Shown: positions 40,681 through 53,099 of the stretch, one piece after another
Numbering within the stretch: position 1 is the stretch's first letter
Layout: every line of letters starts with the position of its first letter
Assembly: GCA_039621445.1 (NCBI GenBank)
Contig: CP154954.1
Coordinates: forward strand, 44,123,847 to 44,187,846
Source of the DNA: Euglena gracilis
Lineage: Eukaryota
Direction of reading: 5' to 3'
Length of the DNA stretch: 64,000 bases
Notes under the pieces: model-generated
The model's input: only the letters and a program-made list of their open reading frames with translations
Told to the model about the DNA's origin: nothing
The model's database searches: none
Program-made: the position numbers and the translations under genes

Positions 40681-42680
40681 CAGTCCCTGGGGGTAAATTT
40701 CCCCCCCCCTGGGGAGGGTTTTTTGGGCTCTTGACCAGGGGGGGGGAATTTTCGGCCGTTTCGGGCACTTTGTCCTGTCCCTTCTATTCTTTGAAGCCAC
40801 GAAGCCGACCGGGATTCGGAATACATTTGCCGTATGTTGTGGGGTTGTTATGGTACATTCCCGAACACCTCTGTTCAGGGCGGTGGGTCTTATTGGTAGA
40901 TAGATACATCTGGGGATGTATCTGCAGAAACCAGCATCCGCAGACGGAGGTGTGCAGCGCGGTGTTCTCCGGCTTTGTGGCACCGGAAGGCTGGTGCAAC
41001 GGGGAGCATTATCACCTTACGAGTTCAGGATCATGCGATCTGTGGCTCTTTCGGCCAACCGCAGCTGCCTTGCAACTGCACGGGTGTGTACCAGGCACGA
41101 TCCCAGTTCTGTGGTTCGCCATAGAACTGCTCATCCACAATCTGAACGCTGAGCATAATCTCAGAATTAGGATTGTGGCAGAGCCTAGGGATAATCGTGA
41201 TCACGATCACGTGTGATCACGTGACCTCCTCTCTGCAGGTGGTATTCTTTTCTACCTTCAAGTTTCAAGTTTGATATCATCAAACAAGTCCTGAAAGGAC
41301 TGCCAGATACTTGGCATCTTTTGTCGTAGCCCATAGGGCTTCCTCCCGTGTCTTGTGCTCTGCCTCTTAATTGGGGAAAAGGGCAATACAACTTTTATAT
41401 TTATTTTATATTTTTCTTGTTACTCCTACTTATATGTTTTTCTGCGCACCAAAGGGCGAAAGCGATAAGGTAGGACGTACACTTGGTAGCAGTTTAGGTT
41501 TTTCGATCCTTTTGACCGCAAACGGTCGTGTGGTGCCCCGCCTATAGGCGACTACAGGCACTACAAGCCGTTTCCGGCCAAAGCCGTACGCACGGACACG
41601 TCCTCTGACGGTTCGCAGTATCTGCTGCTTCAAACCTCAGAGTTCGGGTCTCTGCTTACTTTTTATACTATCCCCTCTTTTTGCACTTGTTTCTGCATTT
41701 TACCCCACAATCTACACTTGGTTTTTGTGTTTTTGCCTTAAAAATGCAGAGCACAACTCCCATCGACTATGCTGCATTGATTGGTTCACTTCGAGGACTT
41801 GAACCTGCAGCACCATTGACCAGCTCTATTGAGCATTCACAACCCCATAGGGGTAATCAAGCATTGATCCATTCCAAAGGTAATCCTCCTTCCCCGCATG
41901 TGTCACACCTATCGGTGTCTGTGTCGAGTAATCCTCCCCCCGCCCAATGGGCATCCCCACACCTATCGGTGTCAAGCTCTATAGAGCAACCCCATGCCCA
42001 ACAGGCACAACCCCTTTTGTTGGAAAGCCGATCGGCTAACACCCATTCCCCCCAGCGAGATCTCGCATTGGTGCCGATAGGCACATTTGACTCTGAGGCG
42101 GATACGCCACGGCAAATTTTTGTTGAGGGTGGGTTAGAAACACCATGTTTCTTTCAGCCCCCCCCTATGCTTCCCCCACAAGTCCGATTGGACAATTGCC
42201 CGCACCACCCGATACGGGTTCTTTTCCGGCATTACCATGGCATCCGGAGATGCGTTTGACAGTTCCGGCTTATACAAGTCCCACAGAGTCCATGAGCAGT
42301 GATGCGGAAGAGTTGGAAAATATTTCCCCTCAACCCATCACCGTGATTCAGCGCATAGTCGCAAATCTTCCAGTGGACCACCCGCTAACGCGGCAAATTT
42401 CCGCAGATTCTGGATGCTGGGGATGGTTCAATGGACAAAAATCCCAAAAGATGCCAAGTCCTCGACCCAGGGGCCATGCAAGTGGTGAAGCTGTGCTGCC
42501 CTTGCATGTACGGTACAAAAAAAAAGTCCCAACCCACCTGCCTTAGCTGTTCCTCTGGGGCTGAAGGGGGGGGGGGGGGGAAGTTTTCGCCCGTTTCGGA
42601 GCCTTTTGCAAAACCAGGAAAATTCCCAAATTTCAGGGGGGGGAATTTTTCGGGGGGGGACAATTTACGCAGAGGGACTG
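40681..42680. mobile_element. 2-kb TA-flanked TIR element carrying unique internal sequence
   Basis: TA|CAGTCCCTGGGGGTAAATTTCCCCCC ... GGGGGGACAATTTACGCAGAGGGACTG|TA. The interior has a frameshifted S/P-rich ORF at about 41744-42420. Confidence 0.75.
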
Positions 42681-43332
42681 TATATGGGGGGCATGGTAAT
42701 GGGTACCCTCACCCCCCCCCTCAAAGTGGCCACCCTCCAGGCACCGTGGGACCCCAAAATGGCCACTCTGGGAGGGGGGACACTTTGGGGGGTCAAATCT
42801 TGGCCTTCGGCACCAAAGGCGCCGAAGGAAAATGGCCACTTTGAGGGGGGGTAACCCACAATTTGCCAAAGTTTTTGGCCACTTTGGGAGGGGGGACACT
42901 TTGAGGGGGGGGGGGTGAGGGTAACTCAAAAACGGAAAATATGACAGCTTTCAAAAAAGCTCAAAAAATATCAATGAAAATTTTTATTCTTTTTGATCAA
43001 TATTTTGACCTCCAAATGAACCAAAATCACCTCTAAAAAGACAAATTTATTTTGGGGGGGGGGTAGTGGGCCGACCTTAGGGCGGCCCACGGTCGCCAAA
43101 GGTCACTGTGGGTATTTCCTACTCAGTCGTTTTTTGCATTGCAGCGCCGCAGCAACTGTTCGGCGGCCCTAAAACAACAAAATCCCTTGTGTGTGCAACT
43201 CCTTTTGTTTGTATGTCGCGCGAATTTGCCCAGGTGAACGCTTTTTGACATCGACCAAGGGCGACCTTTGGCGACCGTGGGCCGACCTAAGGTAGGCCCA
43301 CTACCCCCCCCCCCAGGCCAGATCTACCCCCC

Positions 43333-44723
43333 GGCTCCGTGCGGATAATTGGCTGTGACGATCCCGGAGGTCATACCGACCATGGTCGGACCGACCTAGG
43401 TCGGGCCGACCATTGGCTATGGCTTATCGACCATTGGAGGTTGGCCCGACCTGGTCGGCCCGACCTCCAATCAACCGCATTACCCCCCCCTTTTTTGAAA
43501 TTTAAGCCCCCCCCCCCCCGAAAACTTGAATCAGTATTCAGTAAAATTTGGCTCAAAATGCACGGAAACACATTGGAATGAGCTTGAAACTGGCAAAAAA
43601 ACGTCCCATATTAAAAAAAGAGTCTCTAATGAACTTAGTCGGCCTACGGCCTCCTCCGGGGGGGCTGCCCCCCGGACCCCCCCCCCCCGCCCAAAATAAC
43701 AATATCCCCTTGTGTGTGCAAGGCAACGGTGGCCAAAACGCGGATCCTAACAAAATCTTTTTGTGTGTGCAAGGCAAGGATGGCCAAAACGCGCCACCCA
43801 ACAAACTCCGTTTGTGCTAACTTAGTCGCGCACCCTAACAAAATCTTTGTGTGTGCATTAACCCTAACCGTATCCCTAACCCTAACCCTAATCCCCAGCC
43901 CTAACCGTATCCCTAACCCTAATCCCCAGCCCTAACCGTATCCCTAACCCTAACTCTAACCCTAACCCTAACCGAAACCCTAGCCATATCCCTAACCCTA
44001 ACTCTAACCCTAGCCCTAACCCTAACCGTATCCCTAACCCTAACTCTAACCCTAACCCGAACCCTATCCGTATCCCTGACCCTAACCCTAACTGTATCCC
44101 TAACCCTAACCGTATCCCCAACCCAAACTCAAACCGTATCCCTGGCCCGAACTCTAACCCTAACTCTAAACCTTAAACCCTAACCGTATCCCTAACCCTA
44201 TCCATATCCCTGACCCAAACCCCAACCCTAACCGTGTCCCTGGCCCGAACTCTAACCCAAACTCTAACCCTAGCCCTAACCGTATCCCTAACCCTAACCC
44301 TAACTGTATCCCTCCCCCTAACCGTAACCCCAACTCTGACCCTATCCCTAACTCTAACCCTAACCGAAACCCTAACCGTATCCCGTATCCCTAACCCTAA
44401 CTCTAACCCTAGTCCTAACCCTGACCGTATCCCTAACCCTAACTCTAATCGAATTTTTTCAAAAATGGGACATTTTTCGCCAGTTTGGAGGTCATTCCAA
44501 TGTGTTTTCATGCATTTTCAGCCAAATTGAGAGAATCAAATTTTGAGGGGGGGGGCTTAAATTTCAAAAAAGGGGGGGTAATGCGGTTGATTGGAGGTCG
44601 GGCCGACCTGGTCGGCCCGACCTCCAGTGGTCGATAACGGCCAGGTCGGGCCGACCATAAGTCGGGTCGACCATGGTCGGTAAGACCTCCGGGATCATCA
44701 TAGCCAATTATCCGCCCGGGGCC
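43333..44723. mobile_element. MULE-like MITE carrying a telomere-like array
   Basis: TIRs GGCTCCGTGCGGATAATTGGCTGTGACGATCCCGGAGGTC / GACCTCCGGGATCATCATAGCCAATTATCCGCCCGGGGCC. 9-bp TSD CTACCCCCC at 43324-43332 and 44724-44732. Confidence 0.85.
43859..44448 (-). repeat. Interstitial degenerate telomere-like array (CCCTAA)n
   Basis: CCCTAA units interspersed with CCGTAT and CTCTAA variants. Confidence 0.9.
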
Positions 44724-47050
44724 CTACCCCCCGACCATTTCTACACACAAATTGTGGCTGAGCCCAGATTTCAGCCTGAACACGTTTTCAGGCTGAAATC
44801 TGGGCTCAGCCACAGTTTGTTTAAAAATGTGTTCAGAGCCCGCCAAATGCCTGCCCTGAAATTTGTGGTCATGATTCACGCAAGGGGTCAAAAACGCGAA
44901 AATGTGAAATTCAGGCCCAAGAAACGGCGCGATAATGGAAAACGTGCCTGACCACAGATGCCTTAGAAAACGTGTCATTGCCACAGATGCCTTAATGGAA
45001 AACGTGCCTGACCACAGATGCCTTAATGGAAAACGTGTCATTGCCACAGATGCCCTAATGGAAAACGTGTTACCCCTCCCCCCATACCTAAACGCACTGC
45101 AAACTTTGTGAGCCCTGTGAAGCATGGAAAAATCTGATGACCACCGCTGGCTGTCTGTTGAAAAGAGCTTTCAATCGAGGGGCTCCCGGATCTGGCCTGG
45201 GGGGGGGGGGGGGGTTGTGGGCCGACCCTAGGGTCGGCCCACGCGCCAAAGGTCGCTATGGGTATTTCCTACTAAGTCTTTTTTGCATTGTAGCGCCGTA
45301 GGCAACTGTTCGGCGGCCCTAAAATAACAAAATCCCTTGTGTGTGCAACTCCTTTTGTGTGTAAGTTGCGCTAATTTGCCGTGGAGCGCATTTTTTTGAC
45401 ATCGACCTGCCCACGACCTTTGGCGACCATGGCGACCTTTGGCGACCGTGGGCCGACCCTAGGGTCGGCCCACAAAGCCCCCCCCCAGGCCAGATCTACC
45501 CCCCGAGGGTAAGTTGGTACCCTAATGTTGCACGCAGCCCGAGATACGCTCGCAATCGTCGGATCGGCCAGAATCTTAGTCGAAATTTGTGGTGGTTTTG
45601 GGTGCTGCTTGGTTTAAAATGCTTAACAAACCATACAGAAACGATTTTTGTTTTCGAATTGAGGGCATCTGGGGTCAAGGGAGGTACAAGAATTGTGAAA
45701 TTAGGATTTCCCAGTGACACAAAATAAGAGTACCAAGCGGCGTGGCTGAATTTGGTCGTCACCACTAGTCGTCTTATGAAAAGAGTTTTCGATCGAGGGT
45801 TAAGCCGGCGTTTGAGACGCCGGGCTCAGGACAGAACCGGCGTCCCCCCCCACGGGCTTTCGGACGCCGGTTCTGTCCTAAAGCCCGGCGTTAGGAACGC
45901 CGGCTTTGTCCAAAGCCCGGCGTCCGATTTTCATTCCTAAAAATGTCACCAAAAGTGCCCAAAAGTGGCCCTAAGGTGCTGGTATGACTGTTTTAACCAT
46001 GTAGGACAATGAGTTTTGCCATTTGGGGACCAGTGGGGTGGATGTCCAAATTTGGTGAAAATTGGCCCAGATTTCGATATAGAGTACCGTGCGGCGTGGA
46101 AAGATCTGATGAGCACCGCTGGTCGTCTGTTGAAAAGAGCTTTCGATCGAGGGGTAACTTGGTACCCTAACGTTGCACGCAGCCCGAGATACGCTCGCGA
46201 TCGTCGGATCGGCCAGAATCTGAGTCGAAATTTGTCGCAATTTTCAGTGATTTTTGGTTTAAGATGCTTAATAAACCCTACAGAAACGTTTTTCCTCTTC
46301 GAATCAACGACCTGAGGGTCACCACAGTTGTGAAATTAAGATTCCCCACTGACAGAAAATAAGAGCTCCAGGCGACGTGGCTGAATTTGGTGGTGACCGC
46401 CAGTCGTCTGATGAAAAGAGCTTTCGATCGAGGGGTGAGTTTATACCTGGACGATTGACACAGCCAGAAATACCCTCGCGATCGCCGGAATTTGGTGAAG
46501 TGCAAAGTGGTGTGACATTGCAGATAAGTGGTCGTAGATTGGTCCTGGGAGTGTCCTTTGGCCGAAGGGTGGGGACGCCGGTTCTGTCCTGAGCCCGGCG
46601 TCTCTAAAACGCCGGCTTAAACAAGAGGTCTCGGACGCCGGTTCTGTCCAAAGCCCGGCATTCCAAACGCCGGTTCCGTCCTTCGGACGGAACCGGCGTT
46701 TGGAACGCCGGGCTTTGGACAGAACCGGCGTCCGAGACCTCTTTTTTGTAGTAGAGTTTGTTCCTGAACAACTTTCACAGCCAGAGATCCGCTCGCGATC
46801 GTCGATCGATTTCGCAAAATGCATTTTCGGACGATTTCGGAAAACACGTGATTGCCACAGATGCCCTAATGGAAAACGTGCCATTGCCACAGATGCCCTA
46901 ATGGAAAACGTGTCATTGCCAGATGCCTTCATGGAAAACGTGCCTGATCAGAGATGCCTTAATGGAAAACGTGTCATTGCCACAAATGCCCTCATGGAAA
47001 ACGTGTTCATGACCACGAATTTCAGGGCAGGCATTTGGCGGGCTGAACAC

Positions 47051-47334
47051 CAGGCTTCTTTTTAAGACCCCCGGGGGGGGGAGGGGGGGTCCCCCCCCCA
47101 CCCACCCAGGGTGGCGCGCGACCCCCCCCCCGGGGGGGGGGGGGGGGGGGGGGCCCCCCCAAAATCGGGCGCGTTAAAGGCAATTTTCAAAAATTTTCGG
47201 CGCTTCGCGCCGAAAAGGTATACCCAGCGCCTCCGGCGCGGGGCCCCCCCCCCGAGGGGGGGGTCCGGCACGGACCCACCCACCCACCCCCCTCCCCCGG
47301 GGGGGGGGGGTCAGGTGACTTAAAAAGAAGCCTG
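47051..47334. mobile_element. hAT-like MITE
   Basis: TIRs CAGGCTTCTTTTTAAG / CTTAAAAAGAAGCCTG. 8-bp TSD CTGAACAC at 47043-47050 and 47335-47342. A related end occurs at about 57586. Confidence 0.85.
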
Positions 47335-49402
47335 CTGAACACGGTTTTTGATACGAAAACTGTGTCCAGAACGCCGGTTCGGGCGTGAAGCCGTGTTCCA
47401 GAACGCCGGTTCAGGCTGCCGCCCGAACCGGCGTTCTGGAACACGGCTTCACGCCCGAACCGGCGTTCTGGACACAGTTGTTGAAACCGTGTATTAGGGG
47501 CTCTGGCTTCACGCCCGAACCGGCGTTCAAGGAATAAAGGCCAATTTCGCCCTAAATACCAAGTTTCTGAACATTTTTGGGCATTTTTGGGATCCTTTGG
47601 GCTCATGGCCATGTCGATCGGCCGATTGAAGTTTTCATCCGTCTGATGCCAGGTTACCCATCAATCGAAAGGTTTTTTTTTCCTTCAGAATTACGATTTG
47701 GAAATTTTTTTTTGGTTGGACCACCCCTAGGTTTTTTCAGAATCACGGTTGGGAAATTTTGGCTGGACCCCCCCCAGATTTTTTCAGATTTGCAATGCCG
47801 AATTTTCGGTTGGACCCCGCTGGTTTTTTTTCCCAGAATTATGATTGGGATTTGATCCCCCCTTTTTTCAGAATTCTGGTTCAGAAATTTTGGCTGGGTT
47901 TATTCACAAACACGGTTGAAAAAAAATTGGCTGGAGCCCCCCCTTAGGGTTTTTCAGAAGTACGGTTGGGAAATTTTGGCTGGACCCCCCCCGGAATTTT
48001 TCAAAATTGTTGGGAAATGTTAATTACAGTTGGGAACCCCTTGGGTTTTTTCAGAATTACGATTTTTGGACCCTTTTCGCAAATTCCAAAATCCACTGTT
48101 CACCTGCCATGTTGCCCCTTGATCGATAACCCTTCTCAAGGGTTTTAGATGGCCTTAGATTTCAGCCCTGCTGCATGGTATTCTATTTCAGAAATTCCCC
48201 AAATTTGGCCAAATGGAAATTGGTGCACAAAATACCCCAATTTCTGGCCAAATACCCCCCAAAAAGTGCTCAGATATGATTGCCTCATGTCTACAAACCA
48301 TTTTGGACACTTTTTGGCACTTTTCATTTTCGGTCCCCAGGACGCCGTTTTCCCGCCCGAACCGGCGTCCAGAACGCCGGTTCGGGCGTGAAGCCAGAGC
48401 CCCAATACACGGTTTCAATTAAACCGGCGTTTGAGACGCCGGGTTCAGGACAGAACCGGCGTCCCCCCCCCCCACGGGTTTTCCGACGCAGGTTCTGTCC
48501 TAAAACCCGGCGTCCGGTTTGGGACTGTATTTTGTGCAAAAAAGTCTGCCAATGTTACCCCAGAAACGAAAATCTCCTTGGCTGAAGGGGATAAGAGGCA
48601 CAATTGCTGAGTGCAAAATATCATGGATGTGACGGCAAGCGTTTTGCAGTTTCTGAGGTGGGGGGAGTATTGCTAGGCATACAGGTTGCCACAGCCGCAG
48701 CGATTACAGGGCAAAACATATTGCCGGCAAGGAAACACATTGCAGAAACCGTGTTTTGGGCGAAGATTTAAGACTTTTAAAGTCTCGAAATCGGCCCAAA
48801 CACAGTTCTTGACACAGAAACTTTGGCTAGACCCGCTGGGTTTTTTCAAAAGTAGTGTTGGGAAATTTTGGGTGGACCCCCCTGGGTTTTTTCAGACATA
48901 CGGCAGGGAGGTTTTGGCTAGACCCGCCCTGGGTTGCATAGTGGGCATTTTTTGGTTTTTTTTAAAAAAACAAATCAACGTGTTGTTTTTTTGAAAAAAA
49001 ACAGTTAAAAAAAAACATCAAAAAAAAACAAAAAGAAAATTTCATTGAAAAAACTCGTTATGAAACACCCAAACCATACTTTGAATCCTACTCAGTTCAA
49101 AAACTGCCAAAAATGGTCAAAAACATCCAAAATGCAACAAAAATGGAATTTTATGACTTTTTTTCATTTTTGTGGAAGGAAGTTTTTGGCAGAAATTACC
49201 CAGAAGCTGCCAAAAATGATTGAAATGTGCATTCAAAAAATTTTCCATGCAAAACCTTGCGTTTTTTTTGCCTTTTTTTTAAAAAAAAACATTGTTAGAA
49301 TTAATAAAAACAAAAAAAACAACATCAAAAAAAAACGGGCCGGCCCACTATGCTGGGTTGTTTCAGAAATACGGTAAAATGTTGTCCACCTCTGGGTTTT
49401 TC

Positions 49403-51443
49403 GGCCCCGAGCGGATTTCCGGTGGTGGTCGTTGCGGTGGTCGGCCCGACCTGGTCGGCCCGAACATGGTCGGCCCGACCTTATCGACCTGTGGTGGTCG
49501 GGCCGACCTGGTCGGCCCGACCACCATTTTTTTGCACTACCCCCCCTTTCTGGAAATTTAAGCCCCCCCCCCCCTGAAAAAAACGTTTGTCCAAATCACC
49601 CCAACACCAGTCAAAACCCACTTAAATGGCTCCAGAAGCCCCCAATCGGGGGTGAATATGCAAAAACTTGGGGGGAAAATGCCCATTTTGGGCCACTTGG
49701 GCAACACCTCTCCATTAGATTTTCAATATAATTGCAAAATTTTGCACAAAAAAGACTTATCACTCAAGTATGTTGCCAACATAGAGGGAATTTCGTTATT
49801 TGGGGGGGGGGGTGCGGGGGGGGGCGGAGCCCCCCCCCCTGCCTATGCCAAAGTGAGCCACAAAAACAACTTAGCCCCCGAGTATGTTGCCAACTCAGAA
49901 GGGATTTTGTTATTTGAGGTTCAGATGGGGTTGGAGGGAGGAGTTTCCTGCCTCTCGTGATGCAGAATGCTTGCATTTCTAAAGGATTTTCATGTAATCC
50001 CTGTTTCGTCATTGGTTTTTTACCCCTCCGGACCCCCATCAAGGGCCCACCGACCCCCACCGACCAAATATTTCCATCTAGGGGTGTTTATTTTGGTGTA
50101 TTTGGACACATCCGGACCATTTCCGGGTGGTTTAGGCCCGCCACAGACCATTTTTATGACCACCGACTAGCCACCACTCGTTTGCATGGGATTTTATTCA
50201 TGGGGGAGACTTAAACGTCGGCGGTACTGACCCGTTAGTACATGAGAGTGGGTAGTCGGCCAACTACCCAATACGCCCCCAGTCTCGCCGACTAGCTGCC
50301 GACCATTAGTCGGCCGACAACCCCCCCCCCCAGTCCACCGCCATGCGCCCCGAAGGGCCTGGCCGAAGGCCGAACGCCGAAGGCCGAGGGCCGCGGCAAA
50401 TCAGAACCCGAAAGTCGGCTGACTGCCCAATACCCCCCCCCCACCCCGTCTCGCCGACTAGCTACCGACCATTAGTCGGCCGACAACCCCCCCCCCCAGT
50501 CCACCGCCATGCGCCCCGAAGGCCGCCTGGCCGAAGGCCGCCGCAGCGGCCGAAGGCCGCCGCAATTCAGAACCTGAAAAGTTGATGATGTTATTTAAAG
50601 GCGTAGGGTTAGGGTCAAGTTTCCATTCCTAACTGTCCCATCCCATCCCCTCAACGTTAAATTGGTGTCTGCAGGGGACCCAGCGAACCCAAAGAGGCGC
50701 CCAACCAGGGTTGACGATATTTTTGTTTTTTTTAAAAAAAACAAAAAAACATGTTTTTTTTAAAAAAACGCAAAAAAACATGTTTTTTTTTTGAAAAAGC
50801 AAAAATTGACCTTTTTCCATGCGAAATGGCCATTTTTTGAGGAAAAAGTTCTAAAGTCATGGTTTTGGTCATCAAAATGACGTTTTTTTTAGTTTTTCCA
50901 GACCCTTCATCCAAAAATACTAAAATGATGGTTCATGTGAAAGCCATCACCCTTTACGGACTGCGAAGCTGCAGAGATAAAAAAATTACCTTTTTCCTTT
51001 AAAAAAACGTTCAAAAAATTTTCACCCAAACCCTCCATGACGTTTTTTTGTTTTTTTAAAAAAAAACATATTTTTTTTTAAAAAAAACATGTTTTTTTTG
51101 TTTTAAAAAAAACAAGCCGTCAACCTTGCGCCCAACTAGGGTTAAAAACATTGGGGGACCCGAGCGAGGCGCCGAGCGAGGGTCCCCCAATGTGCATTAA
51201 CCCTAGTTGGGCGCCTCTTTGGGGTAGCTGGTCCCCTGCAGGCACCAGTTTATCACGCATCAGTCACCGAACCTTCAACTGGTCGGTCGACCCTTCAACT
51301 AGTTGGTGGTGGGCTGGGGGGGGGGGCCGGCAAGTCGGACGACTAGTCGGCGGACAACCCATTTGGTCGGATGACCGATGACGCCAATTGGTCGGTCGGC
51401 CTGGTCGGCAGCTAGTCGGCGAGACAGGGGGGGGGGTGGAGCC
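49403..51443. mobile_element. Further copy of the 36538-38833 family (right end atypical)
   Basis: Same left TIR GGCCCCGAGCGGATTTCCGG and colinear interior. No TSD recognised. Confidence 0.6.
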
Positions 51444-51734
51444 GGCCCCAGGCGGATGATTGGCTATGACGATCCCGGAGGTCGTACCGACCATGGTCGG
51501 CCCGACCTATGGTCGGCCCGACCATGGTCGGCCCGACCTGGCCGTTATTGACCACTGGAGGTCGGGCCGACCAGGTCGGCCCGACCTCCAATCAACCGCA
51601 TTACCCCCCCCTTTTTTGAAATTTAAGCCCCCCCCCCTCAAATTTTTATTCTCTTAATTTGGCTGAAAATGTATAAAAACACATTGGAATGACCTCCAAA
51701 CCGGCAAAAAACGTCCCATTTTTGAAAAATTCGA

Positions 51735-52730
51735 TTAGAGTTAGCGTTAGGGATACAGTTATGGTTAGGGTTAGGGATACAGTTAGGGTTAGGGTTAGGG
51801 AAACGGATAGGGTTAGGGCTGGGGATTAGGGTTAGGGTTAGGGATACGGTTAGGGTTAGGGCTAGGGTTAGGGTTAGGGATACGGTTAGGGTTAGGGCTA
51901 GGGTTAGAGTTAGGGTTAGGGATACGGTTAGGGTTAGGGTCAGGGTCAGGGTTAGAGTTAGGGTTAGGGATACGGTTAGGGTTAGAGTTAAGGTTAGGGA
52001 TACGGTTAGGGTTAGGGATAGGGTTAGAGTTAGGGTTAGGGATACGGTTAGGGCTGGGGATTAGGGTTAGGGTTAGGGATACGGCCAGTGTTACGGTTAT
52101 TGTTAGGGTTAGGGATAGGGTTCGGGTTAGGGTTCGGGCCAGGGATACGGTTTGAGTCTGGGTTGGGGATGCGATTAGGGTTAGGGATGCAGTTAGGGTT
52201 AGGGATACGGATAGGGTTCGGGTTAGGGTTAGGGTTAGGGTTAGGGTTAGGGATACGGTTAGGGTTAGGGCTAGGGTTAGAGTTAGGGTTAGGGATACAG
52301 TTAGGGTTTCGGTTAGGGTTAGGGTTAGAGTTAGGGATACGGTTAGGGTTAGGGATGGGGTTAGGGTTAGGGATACGGTTAGGGCTGGGGATTAGGGTTA
52401 GGGTTAGGGATACGGTTAGTGTTGCGGTTATTGTTAGGGTGAGGGATACGGTTAGGGTTAGAGTTCGGGCCACGGATACGGTTTGAGTTTGGGTTGGGGA
52501 TATGGTTAGGTTTAGGGTTGCAGTTAGGGTTAGGGTTAGGGATACGGATAGGGTTCGGGTTAGGGTTAGAGTTAGGGTTAGGGTTAGGGTTAGGGATACG
52601 GTTAGGGTTAGGGTCAGGGTTAGAGTTAGGGTTAGGGATACGGTTAGGGTTAGGGTCAGGGCTAGGGTTAGATTCAGTGATACGGTTAGGGCTGGGGATT
52701 AGGGTTAGGGTTAGGGATACAGTTAGGTTA
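51735..52730 (+). repeat. Interstitial degenerate telomere-like array (TTAGGG)n within a second, inverted copy of the 43333 element starting at 51444
   Basis: TTAGGG with ATACGG/TTAGAG variants. 51444-51734 is the reverse-complement homolog of 44449-44723. Confidence 0.9.
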
Positions 52731-53099
52731 TTTTGGGCGGGGGGTGTAGGCCGACTAAGTTAGCACAAAGGGGGGGTAGATCTGGCCTGGGGGGGGGGGG
52801 GTTGTGGGCAGACCCTAGGGTCGGCCCACGGTCGCCAAAGGTCACCAAAGGTCGCCCAAGGAGCCGTCCGGGAGACCCCCCTAGTGGGCCGACCCTAGGG
52901 TCGCCGACCCTAGGGTCGACTTAGGGTCGTGGGCCGTCCCCAGGGTCGGCCCACCCCACGACCTCCCCCCCCCTACAACCCTAGGGTCGACTTAGGGTCG
53001 GCCCACCCCACGACCTCCCCCCCCCCCTACAACCCCAGGGTCGACTTAGGGTCGGCCCACCCCACGACCTCCCCCCCCCCCTGCAACCCAACCCCAAGC

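Noticed and set aside
43859-52730. True chromosome ends or a telomere fusion site; GL/VR-repeat ORFs
   Set aside because: The arrays are degenerate, internal and enclosed by MITE arms. The ORFs are translations of hexamer repeats.
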